In this document: piece by piece, positions 22,974 through 35,587 of the stretch | Layout: every line of letters begins with the position of its first letter | How positions within the stretch are numbered: the first letter of the stretch is position 1 | Program-made: the position numbers and the translations under genes | The notes under the pieces: model-generated | The model's input: only the letters and a program-made list of their open reading frames with translations | Databases searched by the model: none | Told to the model about the DNA's origin: nothing | Assembly: GCA_032718475.1 (NCBI GenBank) | Contig: JAUCBJ010001077.1 | Coordinates: 56,117-120,116 of the forward strand | DNA: 64,000 nt | Reading direction: 5' to 3' | Origin: Nemertoderma westbladi | Lineage: Eukaryota > Animalia > Xenacoelomorpha

Positions 22974-23563
22974 TGCGAGTGGATTCAATTCCGCTCACCA
23001 CCCCCATAAAGTTGGGAAATGGCGCCCCTTTTAGAAATATTGGGGATACGAGGCTAATCACAGTTAACCTCGTATCACACAACTAATAACGGGGACAACA
23101 AACCCCAAAGAGCCACACAAAGGGAGGTCAGAGGTTAAACCTCCTGGAGAGGGAAAGTAACAGCAGCGGGGGGGAAGCACTCCCACAGAGGTGGGAGCCG
23201 AGAATTAGCGTACTAGCCAATCAGGGACAGGGAAGAGAGCATCCGCTAGGTACCAAGGCCACAGTAGTGTAAGAGTGAATATATATTATCAATCAATTTG
23301 CATTACCATTCAGTTATCTCAGTCACGTAGGGCAGATTGGTGACACTTTTGTACCGTCACCGCCGTCACCTGTAACATCACCGTATCTACCGGTACATCA
23401 TTCATTACTTGTTAACCAATATCTCAACTGTGCTGTCACGTACTGTATATTATATTATCATCAGTCTATATCAAGATCAGAATAACAACAACAAACTCTT
23501 TTCTCAATCGTGCGGTGACGCGTAACACAAATTAACTGGTCGGGATCCTCTGATCCCGTCACA
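22974..23563 (+). repeat. 5' LTR of element B (590 bp)
   Basis: Direct repeat of 33287-33870; CCAAT at ~23217, TATA-like ATATATATTA at ~23279, Inr-like TCAGTT at 23311. Confidence 0.97.
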
Positions 23564-23809
23564 GTACAAAAGTCAAAGAACTGCTAAAACTGTGACTGCC
23601 AGCCACCATTACAGAATTAAAAGATGAGCACAGAGCCCTGAAATCTAGAGGGAGAGAGGACAGCGCCGCGGACCCCGGACGATACCAACGAAACGATCCG
23701 TGAGGCCATGACGCGACGGTATCGACCCGCAATGCCGGACTCGCCGGAGAGAGACGATCCGGCAGCCCAAGCGGAGGGCAGCCGTCTACCACAATGAGAG
23801 GAGGAGTCG

Positions 23810-26800
23810 ATGCACGACGGCGGTCGAAATACCGATGTCGCCGGCCAGCCACAGGCCGAGGGCGACGGACGGCCCACCGGAACGGCGACGGTGGGGCCGC
23901 TGGTACGACGCCGAACCAGGAGGGGAGGAGGAGACGTCGGCGATGAGGACGTCGGAACCAGTGACCGGCTCCGACGAGCCTACAACGCGACGAAGAAACA
24001 GCTCTGGGAGGCCAGAGAGGGAGCAAAGGTAGACCAAGGGAAGTTGAACCAGCGACTAGGTGAGTCGAATAAACATTTTAGATACCTAGTTCGCTTCGGA
24101 CAAGGAGAACTAGCCAGTGAGAGAGCGAGGGGGGTCGCCACCGAACTATTTGAACTGTGGCGATCCGGGATAATGGAGCCCCAAGTAGTGTACATAGGGC
24201 TGTATTTAGTGGATGCTAGGGGAATTAAGTTAGTGGGTTGGGCAGACCCGCACGAGGGCGAATCCGAGATTAACCCCGAGGATTCGGTCTCGTCGGTTAG
24301 CGAGAACCCCAGAAAGCGGGGGAAAGTTAGTAGGACAGAGAGGCGACAGGGGTCCGTCGCGACCAACAAGTCCGCTACATCCTCCGCAAAAGCAAGAAGG
24401 GTGTTAGAAATGGATCTGGCGTGTCAATTAGACATGGTGGCGCTAGACCAGAAAGAGTTAGAGAGGCAGTTGGAAGAGGGAACTGCGTTGTTAGAAAGAG
24501 AGAGAGAACTGGCGAGAGAGAATAAAGAGAGGGCTGAGAGGGTCGCGAGAAACTTTAGAGAGTGTGAGGAGATAGAAATAAGGGAAGGAAAGGAGCGAGA
24601 AGAGCGAGAGGCGAACGAACGTAAAGAGCGTGAGGCGGCGAGAGAGGCGAAAGAGGCGAGCGAACATAAAGAGCGTGAGGCGGCGAGAGAGGCGAGCGAA
24701 CATAAAGAGCGTGAGGCGAGAGGAGCGAGCGAGTGTAAAGAGCGTGAGGCGAGGCGGCTTGAGAGGATTGCGAGAGAGGCGGAATTGGCCGAGCAGAGTT
24801 TCCGAGAGGATAGAGAGAGAGAGAGAGAACGGAAAAGCGTGTGCGGGATGATATGCATGCCCGGCTAAGGGGGCTTATGCAATATCAGGCCAAACAGAAG
24901 CGCCGACTAGAACTGGTGCAATTGGGACTATCAGAGAGTGAGGCTGGCTCGGGTAGTGTTTACGAGGAGCCAGAGGTTATGGAAACGTTTGTTAATACCC
25001 CACTTACAGGGACCGGACGACAGACCCAAGACTTGTGTAACCGTACGGGCGGGGGTAATAATAATACGTTAGAGAACGTTAATATTAATAGTACCGTAGT
25101 AGATAACCCTAATCAAACTTTCATTGCAGGAAATAATATTTTGCCCGATAATAGTAATTTAAATCCGAACGATCCTAATTTAAATAATAATCCAAATAAT
25201 TCAAATAATCTAGATTTCAGTATACAAAATAATTCAAAAAATTTAAATTTAAATGTGCAAAATAATCTAAATAATAATTTTAATTCAAACGAGCAGAATA
25301 ATCCCGATTCTAATTCAAATATACAGAATAATTTAAATAATAACCCGAATTCAGCACGGAATAATTCTAATAATTTAAATAATTTAGAAAATAATATTGA
25401 TAATGGTGCTATTAATATAAACGCGGCAGATGTAGGTGGCCCGACCAGCGAGAGCCTGGTAGGCCACATAGCTAGTACGCAGAGGGTAACGGGGGTGAGA
25501 GACCCCGAGGGGAGCCTGGTAGGCCACGTAGTTAATACGCAGGGAGTAGCGAGGGTGAGTCAACCCGACGGGAGCCTGCCAGGCCACCTAGTGATAGAGG
25601 GAGAGGCGGGGGTGAATAGACCCAGCCACAGTAGAGATAGTGCGTCGACGATAGTGAAGTGATAGGTGGCGAGTGGGGGGCTACAGGAGCCCCACAACGA
25701 GAGATTAGCGGCGAGAAGGGGGGGGGGGGGGCAGAGAGTGCCCCACATGCGTCGGCGGATAATGCGCGGGGCGAATTAGGTGAACCGCAGCAATAGTAGG
25801 GGGATTACGAATATCCCCAGCGGCGTGCGGCTGGGTAGAGAGAGAGAGAGGTTGGCGTCGCGAGAGGGCGAGCGACAAGACGTCGAGCCCAGTCAGAAGA
25901 GGGAAGAAGAACAGTGGAGTTTAACCGGGAGGTCGACGAGAGATCTCACGAGCGGGGATGCTACACTGCAGAGAGAAGAAGAGAAGAGAGTAGAAGAAGT
26001 GTCGTTGCGAGCGACAGGAGAGTGAGGATGGATAGCGAGCCGTCGGTAGTAGAGATGGAGTTGGAGAGTTGGTGGGGTCGAACTCTGGGAGATTGCCGTC
26101 ATCCCAGGGAGACGCGACCTGGCGAGATGTACTATATGCCGAGAGAGGGGTACAGGGCGTACCGGTACGAGGACGAGAACAGGAGAGGGGATCAAAGAGA
26201 AACTTCCCGATGGGATATAGCTGCCGATCGAGGGTACGGTAGCCGCGGGGAGGACTTCTTGGATTATTCGAGAAGGTTAAACTTCGGTCCGGAGGGACAC
26301 ATACAGACTGCAGGACATACTGTAGGCCTTACTGCACATACTATAGGCCATGCTGGGAGAGATAATGTAGGCGATAGGGTAGCGCGGACGACGGGATTAA
26401 ACCCGGAGGTCGCGGAGTACATACCGGTAGGTAGGCCAGAAGTGGATAGGCCTATACTGGTACCAGCACAACAGTATGACTATAGCATGCAGGGAAATAA
26501 CATATATCCAGGGGAAGGGAGAGTTATTGCGGATAAGGTGTATGGGCCCCAATATATTAACATCAACCCCAGTACCAAACATACCATCGGTGGGGGGGGG
26601 GGGGGGGGGCAGGGTGACATTCTCCCATTACAATATCAACAACATACTCAAGCGGGAATAAGAACATCGAATCCCCTGGACGAAAACAGATCTTGCGACA
26701 CGGAAATATGGAGGGGGCTGTTACCCCCAATGGTATATCCGACGCAATGGAATGTAACAGACAGGACAGGCGGACCGCACCTAACAGGAGAATACCTGCA

Positions 26801-28012
26801 ATTTCGGCGCATGTACAGCAACGAAATATTGACCAAGAACTTGACGCAGGCGGAGTGCCTAAAATATCTACAGGTGTATACAGGAGGCCCAACATACGAC
26901 ATCGTGAGGCAGTACCAGGGCATCGAGGGTGGCTTCACGACAGCATGGCGGGCGCTAGACAGGGAGTAAGGGCACCCGGCCAAGATCATCCGGCAGACTC
27001 TTCGGGGTATAACATCGGGTGGCCTACAGGATAACCCCGTTAGCATAAAGACATTTGCGAACAAAGTCGAGAAGGCGCTAATCGTGTTGAAGACGCTAGA
27101 CGCGCCATACGAACTCAACGCATCTAATAACATCACCACGATAGCGCAGGCACTGCCGATATGGCTGCGCAATAAGTGGAAAAAGATCGCTTTCTCCACC
27201 CGAGAAAAGAAGGGTGCGGAACCGGGCCTAGAAGAAATGTCGAGCTTCCTCAACTACGAAGCCGAATTAATCACGGACCCAGTCTACAGCGACGATAGTC
27301 TGGGGAAGGCGCCGAGGGCCGAATACACAGGCCGAAACCAGAGCATAACGCGGCAAATGCGTTGCCAAAATTAAGACAATCCCTACCATACGCGACGACA
27401 CAGGGGACTGCAAGTCCACAGATAGCTGGAAGTGGGGCCAGACTGTGGCACGAACAGGGACAAAATAACAACATGAACAAATATAACCCCAACACACCCA
27501 GGAGGCCAAATAACCAAAACACTAAGCCGGTAGATGTAAACCTACGCGCAATACGTGTAGGGTTATATAGGGAATGCTACAACCCAGAATATAAATGTCA
27601 ACTACATAAAGACAGAACCCATAAGACCATGGACTGTAAGCATTGGCAAGCGTTACCCGAACAGGATTGGAAGGCCTACGTGGATAAGAATGGAATTTGT
27701 CACCGATGTGTGATAGGGGTACACAAGGTTGAGGAGTGTAAAGAAACACCAATTAAGTTCGGTCAAGGCAAAGGGCAGACAATGGCGACAAGCACTGTAG
27801 GGGCGAAGAAGAGAGGAACGGTGCTACTCGGGGTAGTACCAGTGAGGGTGATCGGAGAAGGCGATCGATCGGTAACCATGCTGATGCTGGTCGACAGTGG
27901 AGCAGCCTTCACATTGGTCGAGAATTGGGTGGCTGAAGAGATAGGACTAAAGACGAGGCCAAGTAGCATGGCGGTAACAACAATCTCCAGCAAAATGAGG
28001 TCCTGGAGATGA
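23810..28012 (+). pseudogene. gag: Element B gag-protease, broken by frameshifts and stops
   Basis: Successive ORF pieces: E/R-rich coiled coil, Asn-rich tract, BEL gag core (LKYLQVYTGG..AWRALDRE*GHP), knuckles CQLH..H..C and CHRC..H..C, protease LVDSGA. Confidence 0.88.
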
Positions 28013-31000
28013 GGACCGGATGGTGCTGGATAGCAGCGATAGCACCGGGATGCGACTATGGGGCGACCATCGACCCCATCCAGGTGATAGAATCGATAAA
28101 TATCAATGCCAGGCGACCAACCAACATTGAGGTCGAACAATATAGATTCCTGGACAGTATCGATTTCTCAATACCAGAGGTTGACGTTAGGAAGGTATCC
28201 ATTATAGTAGGAATGGACTGCCCAACGGCCCACGAGAGAATGCAGACAGTCTTCGGCGAAGACAAACAGCGTGACCCGGTGGCAATTTTAACACCATTCG
28301 GGTGGACGCTAAGCGGCCCAATTAGAACCAAGATTCCGTTTAGGATGTCGGAGACATCAGGGTGCATGTTCGCGGGAACTATGAGGGAGATGGAAGATGA
28401 AGGAGCGGAGGAGCAGCTCAGGAGACTACTCAGACAGGACTTTGAGGGATTGAAAGAGACTGGGGATGGAACCTCGGTAGAAGATAAACAGGCAATACAA
28501 AGTGTGAAGGAGTCGATGAGATGTGAGGAGGGACGGTACACCATAGGCATGGTGTGGAAACAGCCGAAGCTACCGTTGCCTGACAACAAGAGGATGGTAC
28601 TCACGAGGCTTCGCAAACTGAAGCAAACACTGAAACGGAGCCCCGAAAAGGATGAGTACATCCATAAGACAATAAGGAAGTATGTCGAGAAAGGATGGGC
28701 CGTGGAGTTACCGGTCGATGAACCGAACATGGATAGGACCTATTACCTGCCACTTCACGTGGCTCTGGATCCAAAGAAAGGTAAATTGCGGATGGTAGTT
28801 GACGCGTCGGCTAAGACCAATGGCAAGTGCCTAAGCGATTATCTGCTGGAGGGTGCCAATATCTACAACTCAGGAATCGAGTTCCTACTGAGATTCTGAA
28901 ACGGGAGGCACGCCTTCACCTGTGACATTGAAGGCATGTTCAACCAAGTCCGTGTGACGGAAGAGGATAGTGACAGCCAGCGCTTCCTATGGTACAACGG
29001 CGACGAGGAACCGTCGACAATACCGATGTACAAGATGGTGGTGCAGAATATGGGGGCCAAGTCGTCCTCATTTACGACGACTGTGGCTGTAAGGGATACA
29101 GTAGAGGGGAAAGAGGAGAAATATAGCGCCAAAGCCGTCGATATGATTCGATGCGGCTTCTATGTAGACAACGGAATGGAGTCTGGAAACACGGTTAAAG
29201 AACTACTGGATACAGGGCGCGAGGTTCGCGACATCCTGAAGGGATCCGGGTTTAACCTGACCAAGTTCCAATCCAGCTCAGTAGAGTTTACAAAAGCCAT
29301 AGAGGACAGGAGGCCAGAGTCGACCATGGATAACCCCACGACAGCCAAGGGACAGGACATGACAAACAAGAGGGTAGAGTCTCAGCAGAAGGCACTGGGG
29401 ATCGTGTGGAACCGGGAGACGGACGAGTTCAAGTATCAGCTGAGCCAGGAGGGTGCGGACATCCACACAAAGAGGGGCTATGTATCGTACATAGCAAGGA
29501 TATACGATCCCCTAGGCCTAGCATCCCCACTATTAGTTACGGGAAAACAGATACTTAAGAAAGTATATAAGTTAAAGGACGAGTGGGATAGAGAGGTCCC
29601 GGAAGAAATCAGCAAGCAGTGGAGTAAGTGGACGGGGAGTTTAGAACAGATGGGGACGTACAGCATGCCACGCGTGTATTTCCCGGATGGGGACATGACG
29701 GATCTGGACCTACACATGTTCTCCGATGCGTCATTGGAAGCATACAGAGCGGCACTCTACCTAGTACAACGAGAGGGGGCTCATAAGCCCAGACTTGCAT
29801 TCACCAAAGCAAAGTCGACGCCGCCAGATTCAGCATCAGTCCCGAAACTCGAGTTGACAGCTGCGAGATTAGGAGTAAGGGCCACAGCCTACTTGATGGA
29901 CACTATTCCCAACATAGTGGAAATACACTACTGGACAGACTCCATGGTAGTGCTTGGTTGGCTACACAATGAGAAGACGAGATACCCTATATTCGTCTCA
30001 AATAGGGTGGATGAAATAAGAGCGACGACTGAGTTGGAAAGGTGGCACTACTGCCCAATGGACGAGAACCCAGCGGACTTGTTATCGAGGGGCGTGGCAC
30101 GCCACACTTTCTTGAAGAAGGAAGTATTGTGGCAGCACGGGCCACAGTTCCTGAATGATAGAATGGCCTGGCCACCGATGAAGAAAGTGGACCTGGGCTC
30201 AGAGGAAGTTACACTGGAGGAAGAGGGAGGAGACTCAGAAGGTGAAGAGATATATAGTCAGATGGCGAGGGAGATCAGGGTGGTGCAACCAAAATCAGAA
30301 GAACCATGCGATAACCCGACGGATAAACTCCTCAGCTACAGCTCAAGTTGGTACAAGACCAAGAAGCTGGTGGCGTACTGGAGAGCCTTCGGGGATTTCC
30401 TCAGGGGAATTGGCAAGGACGCCAAGAGGAAACCAAACATCGATCTGGAGGGAGCGGCCAAGGCTGTGATTCACTACGAACAGAAAAGGTACTACAGCGA
30501 CGAAGTGGGGCGCGTCAGTAAACAACAACATCTTCGTCGGGACAGCGAGCTCATCACACTGTCGCCACAACTCAATGACGATGGGATCCTAGTAATGAAC
30601 TCCAGAGTGCTAAATAACAACAGCCTCATTATCCCACCGAAACCCATCATCATCCCAAATAGATCGCCGATAGTCCACCAGATCATTTGGGACTCCCACA
30701 AGTCGATATTGCACGGGGGCACCAACCAGACCCTCACGGAGATACGGAGGACCTTCTGGATCACACAGCTAAGAAAGAAGGTGAAGGCGGTAGTGGGGCA
30801 GTGCCAGACCTGCCGACGGACGAGGAAGGAGCGTGCCATACAGGAGATGGCGCCATTACCGGCCAGCAGGGTGAGACAGCACGACCCGCCATTCACACAC
30901 TGCGGTGTAGATATGTTCGGGCCGATAAAGATCAGGGTGATGCGGCACATGGAGAAGCGCTATGGCATTATCTTCGTATGTAACAACACGCGGGCGGTAG

Positions 31001-31814
31001 GAATAGAACTCGCCCAAGACGCAACCGCATCGGCATTTATCAATGCCCTAGAGAGATTCAGAGACCGCAAAGGTGGGACGATCGCAGTGATCTACTCCGA
31101 CAATGGAACCAACTTTGTGAATGAGCAGGCGGAGAATGAGCTGGCGGCGGCCTTAGACATCCTGGAAGGAGAGGAAGTCAGGGCAGCCATGAGGAGATGA
31201 CAGGTGAAGTGGGAAAGGAGGACGCCGTATGCTCCGCATACTTTAGGATGCGTCGAGAGACTCGTGGGTAGTTCCAAGCGTCTGATGACGAAGTTGATGA
31301 ACACCCACATGGTGACAGAAGATGTGCTAAGGACGGTGCTAGCTAAGTGCGAGGGTATCATTAATATCAGGCCGCTATACCCGGAAAATGACGACCCAGA
31401 ATCACTAGATGTGCTGACACCCAGTCACTTTCTAATATGGAGAGGCCGGCGACCATCGACATGCGGGGTGTAAACCCAGATGACATACACTCCCGACAGA
31501 GTTGGAAAGTCGCTAAGGCGATAAGCGCAGAGTACTGGAGGAGGTGGGTTGAGGAATACCTACCCACACTTCATAGGAGGAGCAAGTGGAGAAATACCAC
31601 TAGAGAGTTAAAGAAGGGTGATGTGGTGATCGTCACGGACGACACCATCATCAACAATCAGTGGAGGCTAGCAAGAATAATAGATACTTACTCCGACGAG
31701 GATGGAAGAGTCCGATCAGTGGAAGTGCGGATAGGTGGTAAGATAGGAGCGAAAGATAGGAAGACCTACAGGAGGGCTGTAGGGAAGTGTTGCCTACTAG
31801 AGGGCGCACCTTAG
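28009..31814 (+). pseudogene. pol: Element B pol (RT, RNase H, integrase); one frame with two in-frame TGA stops and a late frameshift
   Basis: KLRMVVDASA, CDIEGMFNQV, FYVDNG, YDPLG, FSDAS, PKLEL, WTDS, ENPADL, H..GT..C..C, GVDMFGP, SDNGTNF, ERLV; stops at 28897 and 31198. Confidence 0.95.
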
Positions 31815-32097
31815 TGTTTAGTCGTCCAAATGTTGGACTGAGGGGGGTGGGATTGAGGGCGAGACGCCCTTCCCACACAAATATAAGAAAAATAATAAAA
31901 ATAATAAAATAAATAAAATAATAGAAAGAAAGTTAGAGAGGAGAAAGTCAGAAAGTGATAGTAGTAGATAGTATGTAGCACTAAGTAGTAGATAGAAGGT
32001 TAGCAGAAGTTAGTTGTAGTTAGAAAGTTAGTAGTAGTTAGAAAGTTAGCAGAAGTTAGTTGTAGTTAGAAAGTTAGTAATAGTTAGAAAGTTGGTA

Positions 32098-32386
32098 GAA
32101 GTTAGAAATCAGGGAGTGTGGTATAGAGACATACCACGGGAGTAAGAGGGTAGATAGTACCAGGAGAGGTAGAAGTTAGAGATCAGGGAGTGTGGTATAG
32201 AGACATGCCACGGGAGTAAGAGGGTACATAGTACCGGGAGAGGTAGAAGTTAGAGATCAGGGAGTGTTGTATAGAGACATACCACGGGAGTAAGAGGGTA
32301 CATAGTACCGGGAGAGTTAGAAGTTAGGAACAGGGAGTGTGGTATAGAGACATACCACGAGGGTAATAGGAGGGTACATAGTACCG
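32098..32386 (+). repeat. 74-bp tandem repeat x4 in the 3' UTR of element B, two hairpins per unit
   Basis: Unit starts at 32098, 32172, 32246, 32320; GTGGTAT-agagac-ATACCAC and GGTAC-ata-GTACC; flanked by degenerate AGTTAG(A/T)AG microsatellite. Confidence 0.92.
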
Positions 32387-33286
32387 TTAGAGAGTTAGTA
32401 GAGTCGGAGACTTAGTAGAGTTAGAGAGTTAGAGAGTTAATAGAGTTAGTAGAGTTAGAGAGTTAATAGAGTTAGTAGTAAGAGAGTTACATGGTAAGTA
32501 GTAAGTAAGAAGTAAGTAGAGAGGCAGGTACAAAATGATAGCACAGAATAGGGGCAAAATACGGACAAAAAAAAAATCAATATTAAAAATTAAAGAATAT
32601 CAGGACCACCTCCAAACTACAGAAGAGCCTTCAAGATGGCCTACGGAGGTCTGGTAGACCACCCGGGGCTGAAGGACGAGTCGGTGTACTACAACAACCG
32701 GCATTTAGTAGACAGGGAGGTGGATACACCATATCAGAGGTGGGTGAAGTTGGAAGTTGTACCGTAGTCAAACACAACCCTTTTCCAATTACCTACTGGG
32801 ACTGGGGATTAATTGACTAGGGCGACGGACGGGACTTAGACGGCTCCCACTAACATGATGCGCACATGTGTGGGGCCCAATAAGTGTGTAAGGGATGAAA
32901 GTGAGAATGAGAATCGGGGGGGGGGGGAATGGAGAGGAGGTTTGACAGGATAAGGGAAGGTGAGAGGAGTGCGATTTGGGTGTGGGGAGCGAGTAAGGTA
33001 GAGTGGAGTGGAGCTGAAGTGAACTTAGACTGAGAGGAGTTTTTAAAATTGTGTGAGAGAAATCCACAATTGTCTCGAACCGAGACGCCAGATGTCTTGG
33101 TGCAACATAGGTTGGAGTTGCACCAAGAGAGGGTAGTAACGTCATACCCAGAGGGAGTGGCCTGGAAAGCCGACTCCAAGTAAGAGAACTCCACCCCACA
33201 CCCGATAGTAGATCGGGTTCCAGCGGAATTGAAGCGCACTCGTAGGTGATGCTATCTTCTCACCGGGAAGATAGCATGGGGGGGAG

Positions 33287-33870
33287 TGTGAGCGGATTCA
33301 ATTCCGCTCACCACCCCCATAAAGTTGGGAAACGGCACCTCTTTTAGCAATATTGGGGATACGAGGCTAATCACAGTTAACCTCGTATCACACAACCAAT
33401 AACGGGGACAACAAACCCCAAAGAGCCACACAAAGGGAGGTCAGAGGTTAAACCTCCTGGAGAGGGAAAGTAACAGCAGGGGGGGGAAGCACTCCCACAG
33501 AGGTGGGAGCCGAGAATTAGCGTACTAGCCAATCACGGACAGGGAAGAGAGCATCCGCTAGGTAACAAGGCCACAGTAGTGTAAGAGTGAATATATATTA
33601 TCAATCAATTTGCATTACCATTCAGTTATCTCAGTCACGTAGGGCAGATCGGTGACACTTTTGTACCATCACCGCCGTCACCTGTAACATTACCGTATCT
33701 ACCAGTACATCATTCATTACTTGTTAACCAATATCTCAACTGTGCTGTCACGTATATTATATTATCATCAGTCTATATCAAGATCAGAATAACAACAACA
33801 AACTCTTTACTCAATCGTGCGGTGACGCGTAACACAAATTAACCGGTCGGGATCCTCTGATCCCATCACA
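33287..33870 (+). repeat. 3' LTR of element B (584 bp)
   Basis: TGT...ACA, preceded by the PPT and followed by the TSD. Confidence 0.97.
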
Positions 33871-33985
33871 CGTAATAATAGGAGTTCATTGTTGTATGAA
33901 TAATAGCAACCTAATTCGTAATAATAGGAGTTCATTGTTGTATGAATAATAGCAACCTAATTCGTAATAATAGGAGTTCATTGTT
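33871..33985. repeat. 46-bp tandem repeat, right part (~2.5 units)
   Basis: Same unit as 22746-22973. Confidence 0.95.
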
Positions 33986-34039
33986 GCCCAGCTATTTGTG
34001 AGTTCATATGTGATCGGTATCTTAGCCCACATTGGCACT

Positions 34040-34130
34040 GTGGTCATATCCGTTGCCTTGAATTAACATCTCTCCAGAGGTCGTGGGTTCGATCCCTGCA
34101 TTGGGGCACGGCCGGCCCGAGTAGTTTTCG
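34040..34130 (+). mobile_element. Possible tRNA-derived SINE head
   Basis: B-box context GAGGTCGTGGGTTCGATCCC; weak A-box TGGCACTGTGG upstream; no full cloverleaf. Confidence 0.45.
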
Positions 34131-34337
34131 TTTCGGCACGAATGCTTTTAAAGGGACTATAACTAGCCAGGGCGGATATCTGGTGCGACACTTCAGCCTT
34201 TTAGCAGCACTAGTACGTGATGGAATGACATTTGCAGCCAGCAAGGCTGAGCTCTACAGTATTAACATATTGTAGTTAGTTTGTCAAGCATTCAGTTCGC
34301 GATAATCCGAGGGGCATCCCACTGCCTTTCGTGGCTA

Positions 34338-34935
34338 TGGCATCTGATTAAGCTCAAAATCCAATTTTTCACTCTTCAATATCAGTATGATATTCTTCAA
34401 TATCAATATAGCGAGTAATATCAATAATATTACATCATCATGCAATATTATTACACCTTAATTCAATATATATTGAATATTCAATAATTAACAGAAATTC
34501 AATCAATATTGTGTAAATATTGATTCAATATACAAACATATTGAATGAATATGTTGACATGGTGGCAACATATTGAATCAATATGTTGACATGCTGGCAA
34601 CATATTGAATTAATATGTTGACATGTTGGCAACATATTGAATCAATATGGTAACATGCGGGCAACATATTGAATCAATATGTTGGCAACATATATTGAAT
34701 CAATATGTTGCCAACATATTGTTTTAATATATGTTTGTATATTGAATCAATATTTGCACAATATTGATTGAATTTCTGTTAATTATTGAATATTCAATAT
34801 AAATTGAATTAAGGTGTAATAATAATATTGCACGATGATGTAATATTATTGATATTACTCGCAATATTGATATTGAAGAATACCATACTGATATTGACGA
34901 GTGAAAAATTGGATTTTGAGCCTCATCAGATGCCA
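34338..34935. mobile_element. Palindromic MITE (~600 bp) with central ~23-bp tandem repeats
   Basis: Arms TGGCATCTGA..GCTCAAAATCCAATTTTTCACTC.. inverted over ~200 bp, TA on both sides; centre of GGCAACATATTGAATCAATATGTTGAC units. Confidence 0.88.
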
Positions 34936-35587
34936 TAGTTGGGTGCCGTTGCCGTAACAGATAAGCCGCCCCGACCTGTTGTGTCAGTGTGTAGAAGTAG
35001 GCCTACCAACTATTTTAGTTTTTTAAATTTTCCACTGTTTTAAATTTTCAGATATACACTACGTTGCTAAGTAACATAGTCTTCTGGTGGTGGTAGAGTT
35101 CTGGTGGTGGGAAAATGTTTGGTGCAGACTAAAATGTTGTTCATTTTATTATTATTATTATTATTTTCTTCCATCCAATATTAATAAAACCATATCTACG
35201 ATCTCACAATTTACCGGTATCTCCAACCATAATACTTATGTTGTATTAGTGTTGCATCGAAATAAATAAATAAATAAAGTTTGTTGTAAGCTGAGAAAAG
35301 TTTATAATGTTTCATCTTAGCACTAGGCCTACCCCAAAATACTATACTGTATTTATTTATAAGCTATAGTAGTGTGAATATGAAAGTGAAACAATAATGC
35401 CTTCCGCTACCGTTTTTATGAAATATACACTACAGTACAGACTGATAGGTCAGTGCGTAGGTCAGTAGGTATGTAGTGATGTAGGCAGGTAGGTATACTG
35501 GATCATTATTGTTTCAGTAAATAGCAAGTAATTTAATTAACCTAGTTAACCATTTCATACATTTAGTAGGTACCCGGTACCGATATA

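Larger units (their letters stand above)
22974..33870 (+). mobile_element. Full-length, decayed BEL/Pao LTR retrotransposon (element B), 10.9 kb
   Basis: Two ~97% identical TG...CA LTRs, 5-bp TSD CGTAA (22969-22973, 33871-33875), PPT GGGGGGGAG before the 3' LTR, gag-PR-RT-RH-IN order. Confidence 0.97.

Noticed and set aside
32789-33239. Antisense ORFs in the element B 3' region as a possible env or accessory gene
   Set aside because: Short, compositionally biased by the purine-rich strand, with no signal peptide, TM segment or recognisable motif.
33287-33312. TGTGAGCGGATTCAATT resembles the E. coli lac operator
   Set aside because: It is the hairpin at the start of both LTRs, bounded by PPT and TSD, with no other vector sequence; coincidence.
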